Assembly: GCA_037446135.1 (NCBI GenBank)
Contig: JBBIJD010000001.1
Location: 27,156-91,155, forward strand
Source of the DNA: Candidatus Fraserbacteria bacterium
GTDB lineage: Bacteria > Bipolaricaulota > Bipolaricaulia > RBG-16-55-9 > JANLFV01
Direction: 5' to 3'
Length of the DNA: 64,000 bases
In this document: positions 33,175-41,969 of the stretch, in pieces
How the letters are laid out: each line of letters opens with the position of its first letter
Numbering within the stretch: the first letter of the stretch is position 1
Made by a program: the position numbers and the translations under genes
The notes under the pieces: model-generated
The model's database searches: none
What the model saw: the letters and a program-made list of their open reading frames with translations, nothing else
Told to the model about the DNA's origin: nothing

Positions 33175-34242
33175 ATGGAAGCCAAGCTTACGCGGAGGTC
33201 CTTCCTCAAATTCGCCGGTCTCGCCGCCCTGGGATTGCTCACCTCACCAAGGCTCCCCCGGGCTAAGACTGAGAAGCCACTCCAGCTCAGCTATCCCCTC
33301 TCGCTCGAGGCCATCCCCCTCAAGTTCGCTGAGAAGGAGGGGCTCTTCCGGGCCGAGGGGTTGGAGGTGGAGATCCTCTCCCTCCCCGAGGATCTGGCCC
33401 GCCGGGATGCCTTCATCTCGGGGAGGCTCGACGGCCTGATCTGCGACCTCTCCACGGTCGTCTTCGGGGTGGCCAACGCCGGGGCTGAGATCGCTATCAC
33501 CTCCACGGCCTTCGAGCAGCTCCCAGGGGGCCGGACCCTGGTCCTTTTAGGGAGTGGGCCATTCGGGATCAGGAGCCTGGAAGACCTCTTCAGTCGCGTC
33601 AGCGGCAGATCATTTGAGTCGATCATGATCCTGATGAGATCGGACATGCACTATGCCACGGATCAACTTTTGGCCGGTCTGGGGAGGAGCTTCGACGATA
33701 AGGTCATCTACACCGAGGGCGGGGACCTAGTGAACATCTACACCCTGCTTATCGGTGGGAGCATCCTAGCGGCCGTCCTCCCTGAGCCGCTGGCCACCCT
33801 CGCCGGCCCGAAGGACACCCTCCTCCAGGAGCGGGACCGTGCGACTTACCTCTCGACCTATGAGGGGATTAAGCTCATGCCTGCTGTGATCGCCTTCCAG
33901 AGGAAGGCCCTATCAGACCGGCCGGAGCAGCTCGAGCGGTTCTATCGGGCCTACAGCCGGGCGGTGGAGGAGATCAACGCCGCGCCGCGGGAGGAGTTCC
34001 TCGACCTTGCGGCCGATATCGGGATCGAGGTCCTCAACCAGGTGCTCCCCGATCGTCAGTATACTAGAGCGGACTTGCCCGAGGGCTTCCTCGAGATCTT
34101 TGATATCCCCCGCTTCCCTCAGCCGCGACTCCTCGCGGAAGAGGAACTCCAGGCGGTGGTGGAGTGGGCTCTGGCCAAGCGGTTCATCTTCCAGAGGATC
34201 TCCTATGCCCAAGCGACGGATAATCGTTTCCTGATAGCATGA
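33175..34242 (+). CDS. ABC transporter substrate-binding protein, NitT/TauT (NMT1-like) family, Tat signal
   Basis: MEAKLTRRSFLKFAGLAALGLL twin-arginine signal. NMT1/SsuA-like periplasmic binding fold pattern. Confidence 0.8.
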   Translation: MEAKLTRRSFLKFAGLAALGLLTSPRLPRAKTEKPLQLSYPLSLEAIPLKFAEKEGLFRAEGLEVEILSLPEDLARRDAFISGRLDGLICDLSTVVFGVANAGAEIAITSTAFEQLPGGRTLVLLGSGPFGIRSLEDLFSRVSGRSFESIMILMRSDMHYATDQLLAGLGRSFDDKVIYTEGGDLVNIYTLLIGGSILAAVLPEPLATLAGPKDTLLQERDRATYLSTYEGIKLMPAVIAFQRKALSDRPEQLERFYRAYSRAVEEINAAPREEFLDLAADIGIEVLNQVLPDRQYTRADLPEGFLEIFDIPRFPQPRLLAEEELQAVVEWALAKRFIFQRISYAQATDNRFLIA

Positions 34243-34988
34243 TCGAGGTCGAGGCCCTCCATCTGGACTATCGGCTCGGGCGGGGGCGGGGGCAGCCCAT
34301 GCCGGCGATCGCCGGCCTCTCCCTCAAGGTCGGGCGGGGAGAGAGCCTGGCGATCATTGGCCCCTCCGGCTGCGGGAAGACTAGCCTCCTTTATGTTTTG
34401 GCCGGGCTTTTGCGCCCGACCTCCGGGGCGGTCCGGATCGCCGGGGAAGAGGTCCGCGGCCCGCGGCGGGATGTGGCCCTCATCCTCCAGGAGATCGGAC
34501 TATTGCCCTGGAAGACCATCTGGAGGAATGTCGTATTAGGGCTGGAGCTGAACGGCGGGCTCGATCGGGCCCATTCGGCCAAGGTAGAGGCGCTCCTTGA
34601 GGAGCTCGGGCTGGCCGAGCTGCGGGACCGCTATCCGGCCCAGCTCTCCGGTGGGCAGAAGAAGCGGGTCGGGCTGGCAAGGGCCCTGGCCGTCGAGCCG
34701 GCGGCCCTCTTGATGGACGAGCCGCTCGCCTTCCTCGATGAGCAGACGAAGGAGGAGATCCAGGACTCGATCCTCCAGCTCTGGCAGGAACGGAAGGAGC
34801 AGTTGACGATGGTCCTCGTGACCCACGACATCGAGGAGGCCGTCTTCCTCGGGCAACGGATCGCGGTCCTCACCCCCCGTCCGGCAAAGGTCAAGGCGGA
34901 ATTGGCGAACCCCGGGCTGGGCGGGCCGGATTACCGCCGGAGCCCGGAGTTCTATGAGCTGGTAAGGCGGCTACGCGAACTCCTCTAG
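34239..34988 (+). CDS. ABC transporter ATP-binding protein (NitT/TauT family)
   Basis: Walker A GPSGCGKTS, signature LSGGQKKRV, Walker B LLMDEP. Confidence 0.95.
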   Translation: MIEVEALHLDYRLGRGRGQPMPAIAGLSLKVGRGESLAIIGPSGCGKTSLLYVLAGLLRPTSGAVRIAGEEVRGPRRDVALILQEIGLLPWKTIWRNVVLGLELNGGLDRAHSAKVEALLEELGLAELRDRYPAQLSGGQKKRVGLARALAVEPAALLMDEPLAFLDEQTKEEIQDSILQLWQERKEQLTMVLVTHDIEEAVFLGQRIAVLTPRPAKVKAELANPGLGGPDYRRSPEFYELVRRLRELL

Positions 34989-35759
34989 ATGAGCCGGCAA
35001 CGGAAGCTCTTTTATTACCTTTTGGGGCTGGTGATCCTCCTAGCAGTGTGGTTCCTCGGGAGCCTGATCATGGAGCTGGTCTTCCTCCATGAGCCGGCCA
35101 AGGCAAGGGCTTTCCCCGACCCGATCCGGGCCTTCAAGGCCCTTTACAACAGTTGGAGCGAGCTGGGGAGGAACCTCCTCGCCAGTGGGCTCAGGGTCCT
35201 GCTCGGCCTCCTCATTGCCGTCCTCGTCGCCGCCCCGATCGGACTGGTCCTCGGCCATGAGGAGTTCCTCGATCGGATCTTTAGCCCCGTCATCTACATC
35301 ACCTTCCCCATCCCCAAGATCGTCTTTCTGCCTCTATTGTTCGTCCTCTTCGGGCTGAGTGAGCTCTCGATCGTCTCGATCATCGCCCTGATCGTGGCCT
35401 TCCAGACACTCCTCGCGGCAAGGGACGCCGCGAGGAATGTCCCCCCAGACTATGTCCTGAGCGTCCGGAGCGCTGGGGCCAATAAGTGGCAGGTCTATCG
35501 CCATGTGGTCATCCCCGCCTCGCTCCCCGAGGTCCTGGCCTCGGTCCGGATCTCCATCGGGATCGCGATCGCCGCCCTTTATCTCGCGGAGACGACCGGG
35601 GTCAACTCCGGGCTGGGCTACTTCCTCCAGAGCGTCCGGCGCCAGTTCAGATATGAGGACCTCTTCGCCGGGATCATGGTCATGGGCCTCCTCGGGCTCA
35701 TCCTCTATGGGCTGCTCGACCTGCTCGAACGGCTCCTCTGCCGCTGGAAGCACCTCTGA
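34989..35759 (+). CDS. ABC transporter permease (NitT/TauT family)
   Basis: 256 aa, six hydrophobic segments, EAA-like loop region. Confidence 0.9.
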   Translation: MSRQRKLFYYLLGLVILLAVWFLGSLIMELVFLHEPAKARAFPDPIRAFKALYNSWSELGRNLLASGLRVLLGLLIAVLVAAPIGLVLGHEEFLDRIFSPVIYITFPIPKIVFLPLLFVLFGLSELSIVSIIALIVAFQTLLAARDAARNVPPDYVLSVRSAGANKWQVYRHVVIPASLPEVLASVRISIGIAIAALYLAETTGVNSGLGYFLQSVRRQFRYEDLFAGIMVMGLLGLILYGLLDLLERLLCRWKHL

Positions 35760-35768
35760 TCTCGTCTT

Positions 35769-36587
35769 ATGAACATCCACTTAAAGAGGCTGCTCCTCTT
35801 GGTGAACTTCGCTAAGCCCGGGGCCGCCCAGTTGGTGGAACGGATCTCGGTCTGGGGGAAGGAGCGGGGGATCGAGGTCGCGGTCCATGGGAGCCTCGAG
35901 GAGGGCCTCGAGGCCGGGCCCGAGCTGGGGACGACGGTGGTCGTGACCCTCGGGGGGGACGGGACCTTCCTCCGCGGGGCCCACCGCTTCGCCACACAAG
36001 CGGCCCCGCTCTTGGGGATCAATCTGGGGAGCCTCGGCTTCCTCACCCAGGTCGGAGCGGAGGAGGCCCTCCAGGCCCTGGAGCGGCTCCGGCGGGGCGA
36101 GTTCCGCCTGGAGGAGAGGATGATGCTCGAGGGCCAGCTCCGCGAGGAGAGGTTCCTCGCGCTCAATGAGCTCTTCCTCGCCCCAAAGGCGGTCGGAGGG
36201 TTCACTGAGCTCGAGCTCTTTGCCAATGGAGAGCGGGTCGGCCTCTACCCCGGAGATGGGCTGATCCTCGCCACTCCGACTGGCTCGACGGCCTACTCCC
36301 TGGCCGCGGGGGGGCCGATCGTCGAGCCCCGCCTGGAGATGATCATCGTCACCCCGGTCGCACCGCATCGGCTCGGGCTCCGGACGGCCATCTTCCCCCC
36401 CGAGGCGGAACTCCGGGTCTTAGCCCACCAACCCGCGACCCTGCTCGTCGATGGTGACTCCTCCGGGGAGCTCCTCCCTGGGGAGGAGCTCTTGGTCCGG
36501 CGCTCCCCCTCTCGGATTAGACTGGTCGTGGCTGACTCCCCGGGCTTCTTCTTCCTATTGGAGCGGAAACTCAACTGGGGCGGCTAG
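35769..36587 (+). CDS. nadK: NAD kinase
   Basis: GGDGT motif (VTLGGDGTFLRGA), NE/DG region and C-terminal beta domain. Confidence 0.9.
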   Translation: MNIHLKRLLLLVNFAKPGAAQLVERISVWGKERGIEVAVHGSLEEGLEAGPELGTTVVVTLGGDGTFLRGAHRFATQAAPLLGINLGSLGFLTQVGAEEALQALERLRRGEFRLEERMMLEGQLREERFLALNELFLAPKAVGGFTELELFANGERVGLYPGDGLILATPTGSTAYSLAAGGPIVEPRLEMIIVTPVAPHRLGLRTAIFPPEAELRVLAHQPATLLVDGDSSGELLPGEELLVRRSPSRIRLVVADSPGFFFLLERKLNWGG

Positions 36588-37495
36588 AACTCCAACCTGA
36601 GCTGGAAGGTCTGGCTCCCTAGGCCGATCGGGGTGAGGACCGAGGCCGCGGAGAGCTCCAAGTCCCCGATGGTCGCGCCGATCCTGAATTCCCCCAGCCC
36701 GGTCGTGAATGAGGCCTCACTCACCAGGCTCAGCTCACCGGTGGAGGCGCTCAGCCGGATGATCTCCCTTGTGACCCCTTGGGGTCCGACCGCGATCCCG
36801 CTGGTGATGGAGATTGGCCCGAGCTCGAATTCGACCCCCAACCGCTCCTCAGTGATGACAAACCCTTCGGGGTTAACCTCCGTCTCGCTCCTGAGAGGCC
36901 CGGTGGTGAGTGTGAGGGTGATCTGATCGACATAGAAGTTGAGGTCTTTGTCCAGGGTGAGCCTGCTCCGGCCTCCGAGGAGGACCCCCGGGGCGAGGCG
37001 GAGATCCTCCAATTTGAGGACCAAATTCAATTCCTGGCCCTCGGGGAGTGGGGGGCCACCGAGCTTCTCCAGCATCAGGCCGATGAGGGCGGCGAAGAAG
37101 TCGAGCCTCGCCTCGAGCGCGGCGATGTTTCCAAATCCCAGGGAGAGCTCCGCTTCGGGTGAGCTCTCGCCCCAGCTCCAGAGGTCGAACGAGAGGCCGA
37201 GGCCCCAGAAGAGGGCATTCAGCTCGGTCGGCGGCCGGGGCTGGCCGAGGTCTGCCGCCCTTGTGAGGAAGGCCTCGATCTCCTTCACGGTCAGCAGCGT
37301 GGCCTGGAGGCTCAGGCCCTCTTTAGTTAGGTCGCTGATGAGCGGCCCGGTCGAGGGGACCTCGCTGCAGAGCGCGAGGTAGTTCAAGGAAGGACAGGGG
37401 AGGCCGAGGCTCAGCTCGCCGCGAGTCGAGCAGAATAAGAGTAGCAATAGGAGAAACAATCCGAACCCTCTCATGACGGAGCCCCCTCTTGCCAC
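36584..37495 (-). CDS. Secreted hypothetical protein
   Basis: 303 aa in the track. The internal Met of MRGFGLFLLLLLLFCST is probably the true start (signal peptide). No recognisable domain. Confidence 0.45.
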   Translation of the reverse strand: MARGGSVMRGFGLFLLLLLLFCSTRGELSLGLPCPSLNYLALCSEVPSTGPLISDLTKEGLSLQATLLTVKEIEAFLTRAADLGQPRPPTELNALFWGLGLSFDLWSWGESSPEAELSLGFGNIAALEARLDFFAALIGLMLEKLGGPPLPEGQELNLVLKLEDLRLAPGVLLGGRSRLTLDKDLNFYVDQITLTLTTGPLRSETEVNPEGFVITEERLGVEFELGPISITSGIAVGPQGVTREIIRLSASTGELSLVSEASFTTGLGEFRIGATIGDLELSAASVLTPIGLGSQTFQLRLEF

Positions 37496-37578
37496 TTTAG
37501 CACAATTGTAAGGGCCACAATTGGGGCTGTCAAGGGGCTTTGCCGGAGGGGCGCTATCTCTGTTAAACTTGAAAGAAG

Positions 37579-39033
37579 ATGAAGCGGCGGGGGTTCAGCC
37601 TGAGGTATAAGTTCGTCCTGACCTTGGTGGCCTTCACTTTCCTCCTCTCCGCCTCCTTCGGGGCCATCTCCCTCAAGCGGCTCTCCAGCGAGCTGGAGAG
37701 CCAGCTCCTCAAGGATGGGAGGGAGCTGGTGAACACCCTGGCTGAGCGGTTCGCCGACACTACGATCCCCTTCCTCACCTGGGCAGAGAACCTCCGCTTC
37801 CTCGCGGAGACCCTCGCGGTCTCGGGCGATGTGCTCTTCATCCAGGTCACGGTCGGCGGGCAGACCTACACCGCCCCAAGGCCGGGGCTGGAGGAGGTCC
37901 CCCCGCTCGAGGTGGGCCTCGCCACTGAGGGGGCGGCCAGGCGGAAGCTGGCCGATGGGGTGAGCTACCTCGATGTCTGGGAGAGCCTCCCTTCGCGGCT
38001 GGTGATGACTGATGAGGGGATCAAACCGGCCCGGGGCTATGTGCGGGTCGGGCTCTCGTTCGCCCGGGTCCGGAGCGAGATCCGCCAAGAGCTGGGGGTC
38101 ATCGCCCTCGTCTCGCTTTGCTATCTCTTGATCGGGATCCTCGTGGCCTTCATCTTCTACGAGATGATCCTCGGGCCGGTCGAGGAGCTATCCGCCTCAG
38201 TGAGGCGGTTCCGGGTCGATCGGCAGGCCCGGGCACCCGTCAAGGGGAGCGATGAGCTGGCCCTCCTCGCGGAGGAGTTCAACAAGATGGCCGAGGCGAT
38301 CGCCGAGCGGGACGCGCGGCTCAGCGAAGCCAACCGGGTGAAGTCCGAATTCCTGGCGATAATGGGGCACGAGCTTTTGACTCCGCTCCACGCGATCCGG
38401 GGGTTCTCCCAGCTCCTCCTTGAGGGGATCGAGGGGCCTCTGACCGCCAAGCAAAGGGAGGACATCGAGGCAATCCTTTCCTCGGGGAATCATCTTCTCG
38501 AGCTGATCGAGAACATCCTGAGGTTCTCCAAGCTCGAGGCGGGTGAGGAGCGGCTCCACCTTGAGGAGGTCGAGTCGACCGGGCTAGTGGCCGAGGTGGT
38601 CCAGAGCTTCGAGCGGTTCGCCCAGGAGCGCGGGCTCCGGCTGGAATCGCGGGTCGAGCCCTTCCTCCTCCAGGCCGATCGGACGAAGCTCCGCCAAGTC
38701 CTGATGAACCTGGTGAATAATGCGTTGAAGTATACCGAGCATGGGAGGATCGAGATCGAGGCCGCGATGGCGGACGGCCAGGCCTGCTTTACCGTCGCGG
38801 ACACGGGCCGGGGGATCCCACCAGAGTATCAGGCGAAGGTCTTCGAGCCCTTCACTCAGGTCGACTCTTCCGATCGGAGGGAAGCGATGGGGATCGGATT
38901 GGGGCTGGCGATCGTCAAGAAGTATGTCGAGCTCCATGGCGGGCGGGTCTGGCTGGAGAGCGAGCTAGGGAAGGGGACGAAGTTCCATTTCACCATCCCT
39001 CAGGGGGTAGGCCATGCGGATCTTGGTCGCTGA
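37579..39033 (+). CDS. Sensor histidine kinase (two TM segments, HAMP, HisKA, HATPase_c)
   Basis: 484 aa. H-box LAIMGHELLTPLHAI, N-box LVNNALKYT, G-boxes DTGRGI and GIGLGLAIV. Confidence 0.95.
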   Translation: MKRRGFSLRYKFVLTLVAFTFLLSASFGAISLKRLSSELESQLLKDGRELVNTLAERFADTTIPFLTWAENLRFLAETLAVSGDVLFIQVTVGGQTYTAPRPGLEEVPPLEVGLATEGAARRKLADGVSYLDVWESLPSRLVMTDEGIKPARGYVRVGLSFARVRSEIRQELGVIALVSLCYLLIGILVAFIFYEMILGPVEELSASVRRFRVDRQARAPVKGSDELALLAEEFNKMAEAIAERDARLSEANRVKSEFLAIMGHELLTPLHAIRGFSQLLLEGIEGPLTAKQREDIEAILSSGNHLLELIENILRFSKLEAGEERLHLEEVESTGLVAEVVQSFERFAQERGLRLESRVEPFLLQADRTKLRQVLMNLVNNALKYTEHGRIEIEAAMADGQACFTVADTGRGIPPEYQAKVFEPFTQVDSSDRREAMGIGLGLAIVKKYVELHGGRVWLESELGKGTKFHFTIPQGVGHADLGR

Positions 39034-39688
39034 GGACGATCCCTCCTCAAGGGAGCTCCTCCGCCGCTTCCTGGAGTCGAAGGGGCATGAGGTCCTCCAA
39101 GCCGCGAACGGCACGGAGGCCCTCGAGCGGTTCACGGCCAGCGGGGCCGACCTCATCCTCCTCGATGTGATGATGCCCAAGCTCGACGGTTGGACGGTCT
39201 TAAGGGAGATCCGGAAGGACTCCTCCGTCCCGGTGATCATGGTTACAGTGAAAGACGCCACAGAGGACAAGGTCCGGGGATTGGAGCTCGGAGCCGACGA
39301 CTATGTGACGAAGCCATTCGACCTCCGGGAACTGGAGGCCCGGATTGCAGCGGTGATGCGTCGGGTCGCCCCAGGCCCACTGATCGAGGTCGGGGAGCTT
39401 TCAATCGACGATGAGAAGAAGGAGGTCCGGCTCCGGGGGGAGCCGATCGAGCTCTCCCCCAAGGAGTATGATCTCCTGAGGCTGCTCGCCTCCAGGCCGG
39501 GGAAGGTCTTCTCCCACCGGGAGATCCTGGAGAAGATCTGGGCAGGGAGCGAGTTCGCCTCCTCTGAGGATGTCAAGAAATACATCTACCTACTGCGGAA
39601 TAAGATCGAGGAGGACCCGGAAGAGCCGAGGCTCATCCTGACTGTCCGCGGCTTCGGCTATAAGCTGGCGGTGGAGGCGAGGCCCTAG
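39014..39688 (+). CDS. OmpR-family response regulator
   Basis: 224 aa. RILVAEDDP...LILLDVMMPKLDGW...DDYVTKPF, plus winged-helix (LSPKEYDLLRLLASRPGKVFSHREILEKIW...TVRGFGYKLA). Paralog of the RR at 22228. Confidence 0.95.
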   Translation: MRILVAEDDPSSRELLRRFLESKGHEVLQAANGTEALERFTASGADLILLDVMMPKLDGWTVLREIRKDSSVPVIMVTVKDATEDKVRGLELGADDYVTKPFDLRELEARIAAVMRRVAPGPLIEVGELSIDDEKKEVRLRGEPIELSPKEYDLLRLLASRPGKVFSHREILEKIWAGSEFASSEDVKKYIYLLRNKIEEDPEEPRLILTVRGFGYKLAVEARP

Positions 39689-39694
39689 AATAGA

Positions 39695-40633
39695 ATGCGC
39701 CCGAATAGGCTTAGGCTGAGACTCTGGCTCAAGGAGGCGCGAGCCCCATTCCTCCTCCTCTCGCTGGTCCTCGCCCCGATCGGGCCGCTCGCCGCGAGGT
39801 GGGAGAGCGGCCGCTTCTCGGGGGGCAGGCTGCTGTGGACCGCCCTGGGGCTCCTCTTGGCCCACATCTCCGTCAATCTCTTCAATGAATACTTCGACTA
39901 TAAGAGTGGGATAGATCTTAAGACCTTGAGGACCCCCTTCAGCGGCGGGAGCGGGGTCCTCTCCAGCGGCCTCCTCCGCCCAGAGGAGGTCTATCGGCTC
40001 GGACTGGCGACACTAGCGGGGGCCTTTGGGATCGGGCTGTATCTCACGATCCTCTCCGGGCCGCTCCTCTTGAGCCTGATCTTCGCTGGGGGGATGATAA
40101 TCTATTTCTACACCACACATCTCGCCCGCTGGGGCCTCGGCGAGCTCGCCGCCGGGCTGGGGCTGGGGAGCCTCCCGGTCCTGGGGGCCTACTTCGTCCA
40201 GACCGGCCAATTCACCCCCGTTGCGGGAGTCGCTTCCCTCGCCCCGGGCTTCCTCACGGCCAACCTCCTCTTGCTGAATGAGTTTCCCGATGCCGAAGCC
40301 GACCGGCAGGGCGGCCGGGCCCATCTGGTGATCCTGCTCGGGAGAAGAAGGGCAGCCTACATCTATGTCACCCTGCTCCTTGCGACCTATCTTGCGATAG
40401 GCGTGAGCGTGGCCTTAAGGGCGATGCCCCGCTGGTGCCTGCTCGCCTTCCTCACCCTCCCGCTGGCCTGGCGGGCTGGAAGGACGGCCCTCAAGTGCTA
40501 TAACGACCTCCCCAAGCTGATCCCCGCCCTGGCGGCTAATGTCCTGACCATCCTTGGGACCGATCTTTTGCTCAGCCTGGGCTACCTCCTGGCTGGGCCG
40601 GCGCTAGCGGACGGGACCCTCATCACTAAGTGA
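39695..40633 (+). CDS. UbiA-family prenyltransferase (MenA-like)
   Basis: 312 aa, multiple TM helices, NEYFDYKSGID (NxxxDxxxD) and a second DAEAD-containing loop. Confidence 0.8.
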   Translation: MRPNRLRLRLWLKEARAPFLLLSLVLAPIGPLAARWESGRFSGGRLLWTALGLLLAHISVNLFNEYFDYKSGIDLKTLRTPFSGGSGVLSSGLLRPEEVYRLGLATLAGAFGIGLYLTILSGPLLLSLIFAGGMIIYFYTTHLARWGLGELAAGLGLGSLPVLGAYFVQTGQFTPVAGVASLAPGFLTANLLLLNEFPDAEADRQGGRAHLVILLGRRRAAYIYVTLLLATYLAIGVSVALRAMPRWCLLAFLTLPLAWRAGRTALKCYNDLPKLIPALAANVLTILGTDLLLSLGYLLAGPALADGTLITK

Positions 40634-40735
40634 TCTATGTCACCTCGTCCGCCGACGGAGTGAAGCTCGGTGACGGCCTCCGTTCCTTCCCCACCTCACC
40701 GCCTCCCGGTATAAGAGGGGTGAGGTGAGGCGAAG

Positions 40736-40846
40736 ATGGAGAGATTAGCGAGAAAGGCCCTGCTGAAGCTTCTCCTGGCCCTGTTCCTTGCCCTCCCGCT
40801 CTACGCCCTCTTCACCATCTGCCTATGGGCCATGCTCACGCCCTAG
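40736..40846 (+). CDS. Possible 36-aa hydrophobic membrane peptide
   Basis: MERLARKALLKLLLALFLALPLYALFTICLWAMLTP, preceded by a GAGGTGAGG RBS. Below the ORF-track size cutoff. Sits between the UbiA-like and GTPase genes. Confidence 0.35.
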   Translation: MERLARKALLKLLLALFLALPLYALFTICLWAMLTP

Positions 40847-40902
40847 CCTAGCTCGGCTTGACGATCGTCCTCATCGCTAGCTAGAATCCGGGCGGGTCGA
40901 AA

Positions 40903-41880
40903 ATGCCCGCGAATCTCACCCCGGAGTATCTAGCGGCCGAGGCCCGCTACCGCGCGGCCAAGACGGATCAGGAGCGCCTGGCAGCCCTCCAGGAGATGCT
41001 CTCCACCATCCCCAAGCACAAGGGGACGGAGAAGCTCCAGGCCGAGATCAAGCGGAAGATCGCTCAGCTCCGCACCGCCCCGAGGAAGCGTGGCCCGAGC
41101 CGCTCTACCCTGGACTTCATTGAGCGCGAGGGCGCCGGCCAAGTGGCCCTCGCCGGGCTCCCCAACTCCGGGAAGTCCAGCCTCCTCGCTAGGCTCACCA
41201 ACGCCCGTCCGGAGATCGCCGATTACCCCTTCTCGACGAGCAAGCCCCTCCCGGGGATGATGGAGTTCGAGGACATCCAGATCCAGTTGATCGATCTCCC
41301 CCCGCTCGCCCGGGGATACACTGAGGGCTGGGTCTATTCTCATATCCGGAATGCCGACCTGGTCTTAGCCGTCATCGATCTCGCCGCTGAGGACCCCCAA
41401 AGGGATCTCTTGGAACTGCTCGCCCTCCTGGAGGAGGAGCGGATCCGCCTGGCAGCGGAGGCGAGCCCCGGGCTCGATCAGGGGATGCTCGTGAAGGCCG
41501 GACTGCTCTGCGGGACGAAGCTCGACCTCCCAGGGGCCGAGGAGGGCCTAGCGCGCCTTAGGGCCGAAAGCCGCGGCCTCCCGCTCGTGGCTGTCTCCGC
41601 CGGGAGGGGGGAGGGGCTGGAGGAGCTGAAGCGGGCGATCTTCACTTCCTTGAGGATCATCCGCGTCTACACCAAGGAGCCAGGGAAGAAGCCAGACATG
41701 GAGCGGCCTTACACCCTCCCGCGCGGGAGCACCGTCTTGGATCTCGCGCGAGCGATCCATCAGGAGTTCGCCCAGCGACTCCGCTATGCCCTGCTTTGGG
41801 GCTCCGGGAAGTTCGAGGGCCAGCGGGTCCCACGGGACCACCCCCTCCAAGATCGGGATATCGTCGAGCTTCACATCTGA
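40903..41880 (+). CDS. GTP-binding protein with C-terminal TGS domain (Obg/DRG-related)
   Basis: 325 aa. G1 GLPNSGKSSLL, G3/G4 regions (CGTKLD), C-terminal TGS-like RVYTKEPGK...GSTVLDLARAIHQEFA. Confidence 0.75.
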   Translation: MPANLTPEYLAAEARYRAAKTDQERLAALQEMLSTIPKHKGTEKLQAEIKRKIAQLRTAPRKRGPSRSTLDFIEREGAGQVALAGLPNSGKSSLLARLTNARPEIADYPFSTSKPLPGMMEFEDIQIQLIDLPPLARGYTEGWVYSHIRNADLVLAVIDLAAEDPQRDLLELLALLEEERIRLAAEASPGLDQGMLVKAGLLCGTKLDLPGAEEGLARLRAESRGLPLVAVSAGRGEGLEELKRAIFTSLRIIRVYTKEPGKKPDMERPYTLPRGSTVLDLARAIHQEFAQRLRYALLWGSGKFEGQRVPRDHPLQDRDIVELHI

Positions 41881-41969
41881 ATCGCCAGTTGAACCCCTGT
41901 CGGGGTGGCATTATAATCCCCTCGGCCCGAGGGGCCGGTTGCAAAGCCCTCTAGAGTAAGGCAAGTGAG

